A DNA stretch of 64,000 nt from positions 62,001-126,000 of IMG/VR virus record IMGVR_UViG_3300042558_003926; one strand, written 5' to 3'. A program made the position numbers and the translations under genes. Below the pieces are notes generated by a model. The model worked only from the letters and a program-made list of their open reading frames with translations. It made no database searches and was not told the DNA's origin. Below, piece by piece: positions 30,047 through 40,761 of the stretch (position 1 is the stretch's first letter; each line of letters opens with the position of its first letter).

Positions 30047-33000
30047 ATGTCCGGAGCTAAACTTTTTGATTTTAACTCTTCTTTTTCTGTAACTAGAACA
30101 AATCCGAGACTGACTGGGAATTTTAAAATAACCCTGGATTCAGCTGGAAATATTGCATTCAATTCAATGAATGCTAACGGTATATTAAGTAATGACAGAT
30201 ATAAGAAATTTAATATAACAGGGCAAAATACCTTTGCCCAGGACATATACCAGTATTTTAACGAGGGAAATCTTTCTAACGAAATAGTTTTTCAAATCGG
30301 TAGATTTACGAACGGGCAAGCTCAGGCAGCTACGAAATTTGATGAACAGTATGATTTCTTTTATGCGAGCGGGGCTTCTGCTTTACCAGATAAAAATTAC
30401 TCCGAGAGTTTTAGCTACTTTGCCCCTCTCTGGATAAAAAACGAAATACCAGATTACTTTGTAATATTAAAGGTTCCTGGACCTATGAACTACCCATATT
30501 CAACCAATCAGACTTCTATATCTCCTGGAGTTAAATATAAGGTAGTCCAAAACTATACAAGCAGTACTGATTTTACTATATCATATGGAGTAGATCAATC
30601 AGGTAATCCTGTAGAATATGCGGATGGTGATATCTTTACTGGGACAAATCAGGCAACATCATATAGCATTCTTGGAGGCACTGGATCGGTTGTTATTTTT
30701 AGTGAACTAGCTAATCTAAATTTTGTTAATGACGTAGAGACAACATTTAAGGAAAAAATACTTCCTAATTGTTCGGTAGTTCAGACTTATGACTTATCTG
30801 AAAATAGCAGGATTGGAAAATACATCAGAAAGATATTTAATGACCCTAATTTTTCCAATTCTCCTATAGAGATAAGTTGGGGACCTAATTCATATAGCTA
30901 TTATAGGGGGATTTCCGTTGCTGATGGAGTTTTTACTAAAAAGGGAGAGATACTTTCCCCATACCTTTCTAAGGATGATTCGGATTCTATGATAGACTTT
31001 GAATCCTATATTACTAATGGATTTTACAGAAATAATATTATATGCCCAAATCTTTTAAATCTTGAGTTTGCCTTTAATGATTTAGATTCAGATGAGTATA
31101 CCATTAATAGGTATATGGGATTTTATGTTTCAAGAAACGATATAGCAAGCCTCAGATTAAACGGAGATTTCTTTTATGAGTATCGAGATCTTAGCGGAAA
31201 TAATGATTTACCTAAGCCAACGAGAAATGCCTTCGGTTATTACTACGATACAACATCATACGGGGTAACCTCAGATAGTGGAATAAGACTATTTTATGAG
31301 AACGCATCTGGGTTTGTTCCTGGATCCAATGACGTAAATTTATATGATCCGAGTAAGCTTTATTATCTAACCGATAAGAATTCTAATTTCTATAGTCTTA
31401 AAAGAGACGAGGGATACACTAGTCCTGGTGGAAATTCGCCGGATTATAGCTATGGTCCTTTTGATTATACGACTGGACAATTCTCAGCAACTGGATCAAC
31501 GGGTGCAACTGCTGGATCATTAGTTATTCAGAATAAGAAAACAGACCTATTAAATTTTACCGGAATTAGTGATAAAGTTGCAAGCATACCCGGATCTATT
31601 CCCACTGTCCCTGGCAGATCTTCTTTAGAGGTTGAATTTCTAAAATCTTATGATTTATCTGGACAGATAACATTTAAAATATACTGGCCTAATGGATACT
31701 ATAAGGAAGGACCAAGAAGATATGATATAGCTCAATCTACGGATCTTTCTTCGATTATACAATGGATAGATGGGTCATATTACAGTAGCGGAAATACACA
31801 CTTTTTTAATGCAGTTGCTTCGGAAACATCATCTATTGCATTATCTCTTTCCAATTTAGCAGATGCAATCAATTCTGCAACATGGGATGCTGGAACTAAT
31901 CTATCGTCTGCTGTCATTAGACTTAAGGATTATGGAACATACGGTAATACATCATACAGCGTTAGTGTTTTTGATAATTACTCTTACTTCGAATCAAACT
32001 TCCAGAAAGAATGGAATAATACATCAGCATATTCTATAGATGGTATAGTTATCTACAATGGATACTATTATCAAGCAAACACGGCAGTTTCCGTTCCTTC
32101 TCCTGGCAATTTTAACGATTCCCCTGATGTATCCAACGATTGGGATAATTATATCACTTTTTCCAACTCGGGATATCTTAAGATTAACGGACAGGACGCA
32201 TCAACTATAAATGGTCTGGTTTATTTTGAAGGCGGAACTAGTTTACCTAATAATAGAATTCTATTCCCTTCAACTTATGAAGGGTTTGTTAGTGAGGGTG
32301 ATTTTGTTTTAACTAAGACCGGTAAAACTAAAATCTCCAGCATTAGCAAATATGTCGATGATCCAATAATAGACGCTGACACCAAAAAGATTACTGGGTT
32401 TAATAATTATTCATACCTTAGAGTTGCTGTTCTGGAGGATGAAGATTCTATAGTAGATCTTGGGTCCGATAAGTCTTTTAACGTTTATAAATCCTCTATT
32501 TTATATTTGGGAGTGTTTAGTTTTTTTGATACTAAGGAATTTGATTTTGATTTTCTTAGTTCAAATTATGGATACACTCCAACATCCGAGACCTATAAAT
32601 ACTTCCAAATCCAACCGGGAGCATCGGGGTCAATACTACCTAATATACCCTATATAATAAAGCAGGGGCAAATATCATACGCTAATTCCCTTTATTCGCA
32701 AGGGAGTATTTTCTATGGCGCTACTGGATATGGATTCTTTGATAATGCAAATCCTAACCAAAATGACCCGGTTGTTGTGTTCCCCGCGGAATATTCAAAG
32801 ATAGCATATAGTTCTATCCCAACTACATATTCTACAATCGACTATAACGACGATTTAAACGCATTTAATGGATTTATTGGAATACAAGGGATAGATACTA
32901 ATCCACTTCCAAGTACGGCAACTAAGATACAGGTATTCAATAAGGGAAAATTAAATACCGAATATGAATATCTTAATGAAAACTATACGCCCACTAGGGC

Positions 33001-35533
33001 AAATTTATCTAGAATAGTTCCTTTTATTAACAAATGGGGATACTCATCAGGAACAGATGCCAGAGGGAATCTATATAGACTTAATTCGAGTCCAGCATTT
33101 ACTCCAACTAATTTTTCACCAAGTTTGGATAGGGATTCTGCAGATCCAAGATACGTAACTCATGAGTGGTTTTTACTGGAATCCCCACCTAGACAATTCC
33201 CTGTCGATAATATGCAGGATCAGAATAGCTATCTTCCGCAGAAAATAGATTTGAATAAAGCGAGGAGCGCAGACCCGAATGATTATCTTTATCTTTCGTC
33301 ATTTTTTACGGTTGAACCTTCCGACTATGCCTCCAATTTTAGGGACCTTACCTCTTATACAAAAGAGCTATTTACTCCATTCGTTTATAATGAATCTTCA
33401 GGGTTTTATGAAACCCTATTTAGAGGAATTAAAGTTGTTCTTAAGAAGAGATCTTCTTTAACTAACACCGAAGCAAATTCTCTTGATAAATACATTCCTT
33501 CCTATAGAGGATATGAAAAATATAAGTTTGCAGCTGTAATTAGGGTGGTAGAGGAAGACGATACACTAATACAGGAACCAGTTTCATATGAGATAATAGA
33601 AAACACACAGCAACAATTCATTTTATTTGTGTGTTATGTTTTGATGGATGATTATAGATCATTCACATTGGGTCACACTGGTTCAACCGGAGGAAATCCT
33701 ATTTTAGACTATACCCTACTTTATTCTCTTAGCAACAAGGAAAAATTAAATTATCCGATAGCTAATGGTGATAGTTATTATTCAATAGATGATATTAAAC
33801 TAAGCTGTGGATTAGATTTATCTCTAGCATCCGGTAGTATAGTAAATCAGACATTATATCCAGGAATAATATATTCCATAGAGAATCCGCTTTATGATAC
33901 AGATCTAAGAGAGGAGATTGGTGTTTATTATCAAGAAAATTCACCAGGTGCAACATCAGGTCCATCCCCCACAGGGAAAGGCAGTTTTTATGTAACCGAC
34001 ATTGCTACTACCTATCCTTGGCCTACCGGTGTAGCCAAAAACTTTCTTGAATTCGGAAAGGTTGCTACAGGATCTGCTCCTTATACGTTTACCGTACCGT
34101 TCTCCACGTCTAATCCAGTAACCGTCCCAGTAGGACCATCATCGCTATATAAAGGGGAGCCGGTTTTCCAAGTAGAGGGGGGAGAAGGATATTATGACTT
34201 TATAATGAGAAGAACTTCAGCTTCCGATGTAGCAAAAAGAGTTAATAGTGGATCGCCTTACGTTTCATATAAAACCTACATTTGGGATTCTGAAACTTCA
34301 ACTACAACCGTATCTGATAATTCATTTGAACTGTACTTACAAAAACCTACGAGAGTAATAAAAGGCAGGGGATCAAGAGCGGTTAAATTTTTTGGAGGTC
34401 CTATGACAATAGGAGATTACAATCCAACGTCATATATTATAGAGAAAAACCAGAATTTGCCTTCTACTCTTTTAAGGTATTCCGGAGGCTATTCGCCTCT
34501 ATTTAGAAAGATAATTCACTTTGATAAGGATAAAACCGATACTTTATATGGGGATTCTACGATAGATCTTTCTTTTAGAAACTGTAACTTTGCTCCAAAT
34601 AAACAATACTTTGGAATCTCTAGAAATCTTTCTTTTACTAAGGTTTCTCTAAATAATAATATATTAAATCCGACAGAGAAACTTCCCGAAGGAGCAGTTT
34701 ATCCTCTGGTTGGACAAACCCCAATATCTACTAAGAACTTTAATGTATTCTCGTCATCATGGGATCCTGGATATTATCAGAGGTTCCTAAATTCAACTAA
34801 TTTCACTTCAGTTGCGGGAACTAGATCGATGAAAGAATATAAGACTTTTCTTGGGTCCAAAATAATGAAGACCCCGGATATCATATCTTTAGGAAACTAT
34901 ATAACTCTCCAAATATCTAGGGATTCCGGTAATGTTAATTCAAATGCAATTAACCAGAACATATCGAGTTATATAAAATCAATCCAGTCCATAACTCCAA
35001 CAAATTCAACTCAGGGAATAGGTTCAGTTGGTCCTTATCTTTCTGGGGTTGATTATGATAAGATAGATCCAGGGATATTTAAAGACGCAGAGATAATTTG
35101 GCAATATTTCCCTTTATCTAAACAAATAAAGGGAACAATAAGATTAGATAGAATGTTAAGGAGATATCTTCTTAATTCTGGGATAAAGCAAGTTTTTATT
35201 GATAATATGATATCCGAATTTGGTGTTGGAGATCCAGATTCAATAAATGACGATGTTAATAATTATATAGATATTAACGTACTTCCTCTATATCAAGGAA
35301 ATTCATTCGATCTATTTGTTAGTAAAAGCTCATCAAACGATGACGGATTTTATACGAACGATCTTATACTGAGGGGTGATATAGTTTCTTCCGATAAATT
35401 TAAACTCGGATATTACCCAGAGCCAAATTATAAACTAACTAAACAGACTAGTCTAATTTATAACTTTGAGTACAACTTAGAAGGAAACTATAACTATTCT
35501 ATGCTGTTTAATCTAGGAATAAATAAAATATAA
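30047..35533 (+). CDS. Very large virion structural protein with a CBM5/12-like W..Y module
   Basis: 1828 aa; EWNNTSAYSIDGIVIYNGYYYQAN...W resembles carbohydrate-binding module 5/12 repeats. Confidence 0.55.
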   Translation: MSGAKLFDFNSSFSVTRTNPRLTGNFKITLDSAGNIAFNSMNANGILSNDRYKKFNITGQNTFAQDIYQYFNEGNLSNEIVFQIGRFTNGQAQAATKFDEQYDFFYASGASALPDKNYSESFSYFAPLWIKNEIPDYFVILKVPGPMNYPYSTNQTSISPGVKYKVVQNYTSSTDFTISYGVDQSGNPVEYADGDIFTGTNQATSYSILGGTGSVVIFSELANLNFVNDVETTFKEKILPNCSVVQTYDLSENSRIGKYIRKIFNDPNFSNSPIEISWGPNSYSYYRGISVADGVFTKKGEILSPYLSKDDSDSMIDFESYITNGFYRNNIICPNLLNLEFAFNDLDSDEYTINRYMGFYVSRNDIASLRLNGDFFYEYRDLSGNNDLPKPTRNAFGYYYDTTSYGVTSDSGIRLFYENASGFVPGSNDVNLYDPSKLYYLTDKNSNFYSLKRDEGYTSPGGNSPDYSYGPFDYTTGQFSATGSTGATAGSLVIQNKKTDLLNFTGISDKVASIPGSIPTVPGRSSLEVEFLKSYDLSGQITFKIYWPNGYYKEGPRRYDIAQSTDLSSIIQWIDGSYYSSGNTHFFNAVASETSSIALSLSNLADAINSATWDAGTNLSSAVIRLKDYGTYGNTSYSVSVFDNYSYFESNFQKEWNNTSAYSIDGIVIYNGYYYQANTAVSVPSPGNFNDSPDVSNDWDNYITFSNSGYLKINGQDASTINGLVYFEGGTSLPNNRILFPSTYEGFVSEGDFVLTKTGKTKISSISKYVDDPIIDADTKKITGFNNYSYLRVAVLEDEDSIVDLGSDKSFNVYKSSILYLGVFSFFDTKEFDFDFLSSNYGYTPTSETYKYFQIQPGASGSILPNIPYIIKQGQISYANSLYSQGSIFYGATGYGFFDNANPNQNDPVVVFPAEYSKIAYSSIPTTYSTIDYNDDLNAFNGFIGIQGIDTNPLPSTATKIQVFNKGKLNTEYEYLNENYTPTRANLSRIVPFINKWGYSSGTDARGNLYRLNSSPAFTPTNFSPSLDRDSADPRYVTHEWFLLESPPRQFPVDNMQDQNSYLPQKIDLNKARSADPNDYLYLSSFFTVEPSDYASNFRDLTSYTKELFTPFVYNESSGFYETLFRGIKVVLKKRSSLTNTEANSLDKYIPSYRGYEKYKFAAVIRVVEEDDTLIQEPVSYEIIENTQQQFILFVCYVLMDDYRSFTLGHTGSTGGNPILDYTLLYSLSNKEKLNYPIANGDSYYSIDDIKLSCGLDLSLASGSIVNQTLYPGIIYSIENPLYDTDLREEIGVYYQENSPGATSGPSPTGKGSFYVTDIATTYPWPTGVAKNFLEFGKVATGSAPYTFTVPFSTSNPVTVPVGPSSLYKGEPVFQVEGGEGYYDFIMRRTSASDVAKRVNSGSPYVSYKTYIWDSETSTTTVSDNSFELYLQKPTRVIKGRGSRAVKFFGGPMTIGDYNPTSYIIEKNQNLPSTLLRYSGGYSPLFRKIIHFDKDKTDTLYGDSTIDLSFRNCNFAPNKQYFGISRNLSFTKVSLNNNILNPTEKLPEGAVYPLVGQTPISTKNFNVFSSSWDPGYYQRFLNSTNFTSVAGTRSMKEYKTFLGSKIMKTPDIISLGNYITLQISRDSGNVNSNAINQNISSYIKSIQSITPTNSTQGIGSVGPYLSGVDYDKIDPGIFKDAEIIWQYFPLSKQIKGTIRLDRMLRRYLLNSGIKQVFIDNMISEFGVGDPDSINDDVNNYIDINVLPLYQGNSFDLFVSKSSSNDDGFYTNDLILRGDIVSSDKFKLGYYPEPNYKLTKQTSLIYNFEYNLEGNYNYSMLFNLGINKI

Positions 35534-35536
35534 GGA

Positions 35537-37108
35537 ATGCCAATAACTAATATCCAGTACATAAACAGCGGAGACGATGAATCGGAATTTATAGATAAGG
35601 TAAATCATAATTTCGATGAAATTATAGAAGCCCACGGAGGATCACAGGGTATCGTAGGTCCGACAGGTTCTATAGGAGCATTTGGCGATTCTGGTATAGG
35701 TGGACCTACGGGTGTATCTGGTCCTAGAGGCACCAGATGGTTTGCTCAATCAACACAACCTTCGGGGAGTGGTAACACTGTAATTGAAGGTGATTTTTGG
35801 GTAGAGACCTCATCGGGTGACATCTATGAGTTTACTGAAAGTGGGTGGACAGATACTGGATATTCAATATCCTCGGGATCTTCCATTTTTACCACCGTAC
35901 AATCATCCCAAATTGCTGGTGGCACGGGTAACTCTGTTTTATTAAATCAGGTCCTTCCTGAAAATTATGTCTTTATTCTGGCAGACGTAATACCAAGCTC
36001 GGGTGTTTTAAATGAAGGTCTTTCTAAATTTGTCATATCATCAGATACTACTGTAAATGATTCTCCACTCCTTGAATTTTCTAGAACTGATTTAGAAAAT
36101 GGTACGATATCGGATTACTCCTTACATCCAACTTTTGAGTGGCTAAATTTTTCATCCACTAATAGAGGAATGCTATTACAGATCCCCGGAGGAGCTTTTT
36201 ATATTGGAGCTTCGGGTGGATTCCAATCTATAGCTAATGCTCTAACAATAACATCTTCTACTAGCAGATTTGAGGTTAACTATGGTACAACTTCGGGATC
36301 TGGAATATATTCAACCGGTGGAATCAATATAAATTCACCTGCTGGTACTTTCGAATTTATTAGTCCATATTTTAATGTAACTGGACCTTCTGGCTCAATG
36401 AACGGACCGGTTATTTCATCTATGCCCTCATCTCCTTCTTCGAGTCTTCCTTATTCGGTATATCTTTACTCCGGAGGTTTATCGGCAACTGGGGATTCTT
36501 TAGTTACTAGTAGATTGGGCGATACTTTTGATAAGCTATCACATAACGTATATCATATTTCTTTAGAAAATTCACAAGGGAAGGAATTTTATATAGATAC
36601 CAAGGGAAAAATTCTGACGAGGAAGATATATTCTCCCATAACATATGGCAGTGTGTATTCTTCAGCTACTGGGACAGTTGGATCTAATCTGGTTAACTGG
36701 TATACTATTACTCCCCCGTTTTCATTAACTGGAATAAGATTGACAAGTGGAAACACCATGGTTCTTACACCTTATTCCATACCAACAAGTAGCTATATTG
36801 GAATAGGGATTTCTAATATAGTTTCGAATGGGCTGGGTACTACTGGAGGAATACAAAACAACGAGTCTATAGATGTTAGTGTTTATTTTTCCCCAAATTC
36901 AACTCAGACGAATTATTCCGATGGAATAAAATACATCGGAAAAAACACATCAGCTATAGCGAGTACCACTAATGTGGTTACCCTTCCTTTTAATGCTAGA
37001 TCTATAGATTTTACTATATCTAGAGGTGTTACTGGATCTTCCACAACTAGCGTATATTATAGGGCTTATGGTCCTACCGGAGGAAGTGGAGGATCTTTTG
37101 TTCTTTGA
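35537..37108 (+). CDS. Collagen-like tail fibre, paralog 1
   Basis: INSGDD...DKVNHNF anchor, Gly-X-Y run (GSQGIVGPTGSIGAFGDSGIGGPTGVSGPRGTRW), GDFW...GDIYEF. Confidence 0.75.
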   Translation: MPITNIQYINSGDDESEFIDKVNHNFDEIIEAHGGSQGIVGPTGSIGAFGDSGIGGPTGVSGPRGTRWFAQSTQPSGSGNTVIEGDFWVETSSGDIYEFTESGWTDTGYSISSGSSIFTTVQSSQIAGGTGNSVLLNQVLPENYVFILADVIPSSGVLNEGLSKFVISSDTTVNDSPLLEFSRTDLENGTISDYSLHPTFEWLNFSSTNRGMLLQIPGGAFYIGASGGFQSIANALTITSSTSRFEVNYGTTSGSGIYSTGGININSPAGTFEFISPYFNVTGPSGSMNGPVISSMPSSPSSSLPYSVYLYSGGLSATGDSLVTSRLGDTFDKLSHNVYHISLENSQGKEFYIDTKGKILTRKIYSPITYGSVYSSATGTVGSNLVNWYTITPPFSLTGIRLTSGNTMVLTPYSIPTSSYIGIGISNIVSNGLGTTGGIQNNESIDVSVYFSPNSTQTNYSDGIKYIGKNTSAIASTTNVVTLPFNARSIDFTISRGVTGSSTTSVYYRAYGPTGGSGGSFVL

Positions 37109-37114
37109 TATATA
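37107..37114 (+). promoter_or_regulatory. Late promoter motif GATATATA
   Basis: Overlaps the stop codon of fibre 1, upstream of 37136. Confidence 0.6.
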
Positions 37115-37135
37115 ATGTAGTAAAAAAAATAAGAA

Positions 37136-38803
37136 ATGTCTGAGCTAAAACTTCTAAGGATAGAGGACGGGGATTCTCAAAAAAATATCTCTGATAAGGT
37201 GAATTACAATTTCCAGGAAATTGTAGCTTATGGCGGAGGTCCATATGGGAGGATAGGCTCTGAAGGACCTCAGGGATTTAAGGGATCAGTGGGTCCTACT
37301 GGATCATATGGTGATCCCGGATTAAGAGGATCTATATGGACAATTGGTCCATGTCAACCTAGTTCAGGAATTAATGGAGATTACTGGATGGACACTGATG
37401 ATAGCAATGCGGTTTATGTCTTTTCTAGCGGTGGGTGGTCTTTATATGGTGTATATGCTTCATCGAATGATCTATTTGATGTCATAGGGCCAATAAGTAC
37501 TTCGTCAGGTTTATCCACAAAATATGGATATTTCCTATCTTCGGGTTCTCCTATATCATACACTATGGTTCTAAGTGATGCCACTATATCCAGTGGATCT
37601 TCAACTTCACCTAATCCTGTACCAAATCCACAATATTCTAAAATGGTATTGTCTATTTATGGCAATGATTCTAGTAAGAATATTATGGAGTTTAACAAGG
37701 GATTGTACCAATCATCAGTTTCATATAGTTCTAGTACTCCAAAATTTTACTGGCTACAGGGTGCTACTGCGGAAAGAGGATCATACGGGTTAGGATTTAA
37801 AAACGGGGGAAAAACTGGATTCAGAACTACTGCAGATACCCTAATACAATCTACATCAGGAGCGGTGGAGTTCAGCTCTACCGGTATAAACATAAATTCA
37901 TCTTCTACTAACGATCAGCTTGTATTTAACCTATCTAACGGGATAACATTTAATACCGGTACTGGAACAGCGTATTTTTCCGCTAGTAATTTTTCTTATG
38001 ATGGAAGTAAATTTACCCTTCCCCTTCAACTTAGATTACAAACAAATTCTAATTTACCGTCCCTTACCATACAATGTGATAAGTTTTATGACAGTGGTAT
38101 TAGATATTATTACGCAGGTCCCAGCACATCTCTTGCAACCTTAATGAGTGTGAGACAAACTCAGAGTATTATAAACTTATTTTGGGTCTACGGGAATGGA
38201 TTAACGTATCTTTACAGGAGGGTAAACTCAATTCAAAACACACAATCGTTGGTCTCTACGGTTAATTCCACCGTTAGCGGAGTTACTATAGACTGGATAA
38301 CTCTAATACCTACTGTTGCCACTTCGGTCGGGACGGGTAATTACGTTTGGGTTAATAGAGGAACCGATATCTCTACTGCCAGATCAACCTCAACGGGTAA
38401 TCAGAGAGGAGTTTGTCTATGGACTCCAGCAACAGGAGGAACCGCTGGAATATACAATAAAGGTTGGCTTAACCTATTAGAGAATGGGGAGGCTATAAAT
38501 TTAAGAGTTCATGCTAACAACCCATCTTCTACAGGGGAGCTTTTCCGATATGTTGGCTTAAACACATCGGAGAATCAGGCTCTTGCACCCAATAACACCG
38601 CAGCATCTAATTACTCTTATGCAGATTTAACCGGAACTAGTTTTGTTGGCGCATCAACAATAGATTTTACAATAGTTAATATACAAGGGACGGGAGGAAC
38701 ATCGGGAGCAAGGAGATGGTTTAAGGTTTATTATTCAGCATGGGGAGGTGGATTAACAGGAGCCAAATGTGGAGTTTTATCAACATATAATGCTACAGCT
38801 TAG
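37136..38803 (+). CDS. Collagen-like tail fibre, paralog 2
   Basis: IEDGDS...DKVNYNF anchor; Gly-X-Y run ending GLRGSIW; GDYW. Confidence 0.75.
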   Translation: MSELKLLRIEDGDSQKNISDKVNYNFQEIVAYGGGPYGRIGSEGPQGFKGSVGPTGSYGDPGLRGSIWTIGPCQPSSGINGDYWMDTDDSNAVYVFSSGGWSLYGVYASSNDLFDVIGPISTSSGLSTKYGYFLSSGSPISYTMVLSDATISSGSSTSPNPVPNPQYSKMVLSIYGNDSSKNIMEFNKGLYQSSVSYSSSTPKFYWLQGATAERGSYGLGFKNGGKTGFRTTADTLIQSTSGAVEFSSTGININSSSTNDQLVFNLSNGITFNTGTGTAYFSASNFSYDGSKFTLPLQLRLQTNSNLPSLTIQCDKFYDSGIRYYYAGPSTSLATLMSVRQTQSIINLFWVYGNGLTYLYRRVNSIQNTQSLVSTVNSTVSGVTIDWITLIPTVATSVGTGNYVWVNRGTDISTARSTSTGNQRGVCLWTPATGGTAGIYNKGWLNLLENGEAINLRVHANNPSSTGELFRYVGLNTSENQALAPNNTAASNYSYADLTGTSFVGASTIDFTIVNIQGTGGTSGARRWFKVYYSAWGGGLTGAKCGVLSTYNATA

Positions 38804-38805
38804 AT

Positions 38806-40473
38806 ATGAAATTTAATACTAAACAAATATTCCAGGGAGATTCTAAGAATGACGTAGTTGACAAGATTAATTATAATTTTGATCAAATACTTTCATTCGG
38901 GGTTGGCCCGGATGGACACGGAGGACCTAGGGGAGCTACCGGCATATTTGGACCTGCGGGTAAAAAAGGAGCAACGGGATTGAGCGGTTCTAGAGCTAAT
39001 AGATGGGATTCTGGTAGCAATCAGCCTTCCAATTCTACACAATACGATCTGTGGATAAATGACAATGGAGATCTTGATTCGTATAGTGCAACAGGTTCTT
39101 GGAATTTTACTGGATTTAACTTTTATAATTCCCTATACTTTAAATTATATAATTGGATTCAAGGACCAGCTGGTGTTACTGATAAGTATGTTATTGGATT
39201 TAAAGATACACTAACCGCTTCTAGCTATTCTTTTGTTGTAGGCGACAGCTCCTTATCTACATCAGATTCTAATCCGAATAAATCTAAGCTAATAGTTTCT
39301 ACAGGGGATCAAATAACTAGACCGATATTTTCTTTTGAAAAATCCGGATCATCTGCTACTGGATTTCCTTCATTCTATTGGGAGTCATTGGGCAATTCAA
39401 ATAATTTAATCCTAGATTCATACGGGAATTTGAACATTGTCTCATATCTTTCCCTCCGTGTTACTACTGCAACTAGCGGAAGAATACTATTGGATTCAAC
39501 TAAGACAGTGATTAATTCGCAGAGCAGATCATATTTTACCGGGAATGGGGATTTAAGTTTTAATACAAATACGACTGTTGGGTCGGGGTCACCTTTTTTG
39601 GTAAGTGCAAGTGGGTTTGATATCACCAGTACGGAATTTTTATCATTCCCTAATTTTTATATAAGAACATATAACTTTGGATCCACCGGTGGATATGCTC
39701 TAAACTCCTCTCCTTCGACCGTCATCAATGACGGCGGTATAAGATTAGAGGTTTTGGATTCTAAGGCAGATAGGGTTTTTCAATTTAAGGATCTTTCTGG
39801 ATCTTCAGTTTTATCTGCTAGACCGGTATCAACACTTTCCACTGCAGGGGATATGGGACAGATCATATTTGGTTCAACTGGATCATCTGCTGGAGCAACT
39901 GCTGGACCTTATTCATATCACGTATCCAAAGCTAAACTTCTAAGGTATGCAACAACAAATACAAGTGCAAGAAGCTATCTTTCTTCTTGTTCGGCCACAT
40001 CTACTAATGTTAGAAACGTATTTGAACTTACATCAACTGCTTTTGATAGTAGTGTTATAGTCATAACTCCTACCTCATTTAGCGCTTTAACTAATTTTGT
40101 TTACATAGGAATACCAACTGCACCGGGAAGCACTCTTAGTAACGTGACTATATCATCCCATGTTAACACATATAGGATAATTCTAGATGACATTAGTTCT
40201 ACTTCACTTCAATATTACTTAAGAGGGATTGTATATTACTACTGGACATCTAACAATACGGGTTGCTATAAATTTGCTGACTTTAACACCGACGAGACTT
40301 GTCGATTTGTTGATCTTACATACATACCCCCCGCTAATTCTTATAATGCAAATCCCAGGATTTTTTATAAGACATGCTCCGGAACAAGCGGATATTTAGA
40401 TCTGGGAGAAGTATATGCGATAACTTCACCACCGGCATCAACAACGGGTTCAGGAGGATCCTCATCATCTTAA
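38806..40473 (+). CDS. Collagen-like tail fibre, paralog 3
   Basis: IFQGDS...DKINYNF anchor; Gly-X-Y run ending GSRANRW. Confidence 0.75.
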   Translation: MKFNTKQIFQGDSKNDVVDKINYNFDQILSFGVGPDGHGGPRGATGIFGPAGKKGATGLSGSRANRWDSGSNQPSNSTQYDLWINDNGDLDSYSATGSWNFTGFNFYNSLYFKLYNWIQGPAGVTDKYVIGFKDTLTASSYSFVVGDSSLSTSDSNPNKSKLIVSTGDQITRPIFSFEKSGSSATGFPSFYWESLGNSNNLILDSYGNLNIVSYLSLRVTTATSGRILLDSTKTVINSQSRSYFTGNGDLSFNTNTTVGSGSPFLVSASGFDITSTEFLSFPNFYIRTYNFGSTGGYALNSSPSTVINDGGIRLEVLDSKADRVFQFKDLSGSSVLSARPVSTLSTAGDMGQIIFGSTGSSAGATAGPYSYHVSKAKLLRYATTNTSARSYLSSCSATSTNVRNVFELTSTAFDSSVIVITPTSFSALTNFVYIGIPTAPGSTLSNVTISSHVNTYRIILDDISSTSLQYYLRGIVYYYWTSNNTGCYKFADFNTDETCRFVDLTYIPPANSYNANPRIFYKTCSGTSGYLDLGEVYAITSPPASTTGSGGSSSS

Positions 40474-40496
40474 AAATAAAATAAATTATATCGAGC

Positions 40497-40760
40497 ATGA
40501 CAAATTTAACCAACAAAGAGAGAGAAGAAATTCTCAATATATCTAAAAATTTTGTGGAGATACATCAGAGAATAATGAAAATAGAGGAGAGGATTAAGGA
40601 GCTAGAATCGGAATCCTCGGTTCTTATAGGAGAGTTGGAATCTTGCAGGGATAGGGAATTTCGTTTCGTTTCGGAACTCTCTGATAAATACGGAGAAGGG
40701 ACATTAGATCCTCTGACTTTAAGGTGGGAGATTGCCACTGAAAAAAAAGAAATAGTTTAA
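40497..40760 (+). CDS. Small coiled-coil protein
   Basis: 87 aa; heptad pattern; LSDKYGEGTLDP motif. Confidence 0.6.
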   Translation: MTNLTNKEREEILNISKNFVEIHQRIMKIEERIKELESESSVLIGELESCRDREFRFVSELSDKYGEGTLDPLTLRWEIATEKKEIV

Positions 40761-40761
40761 A

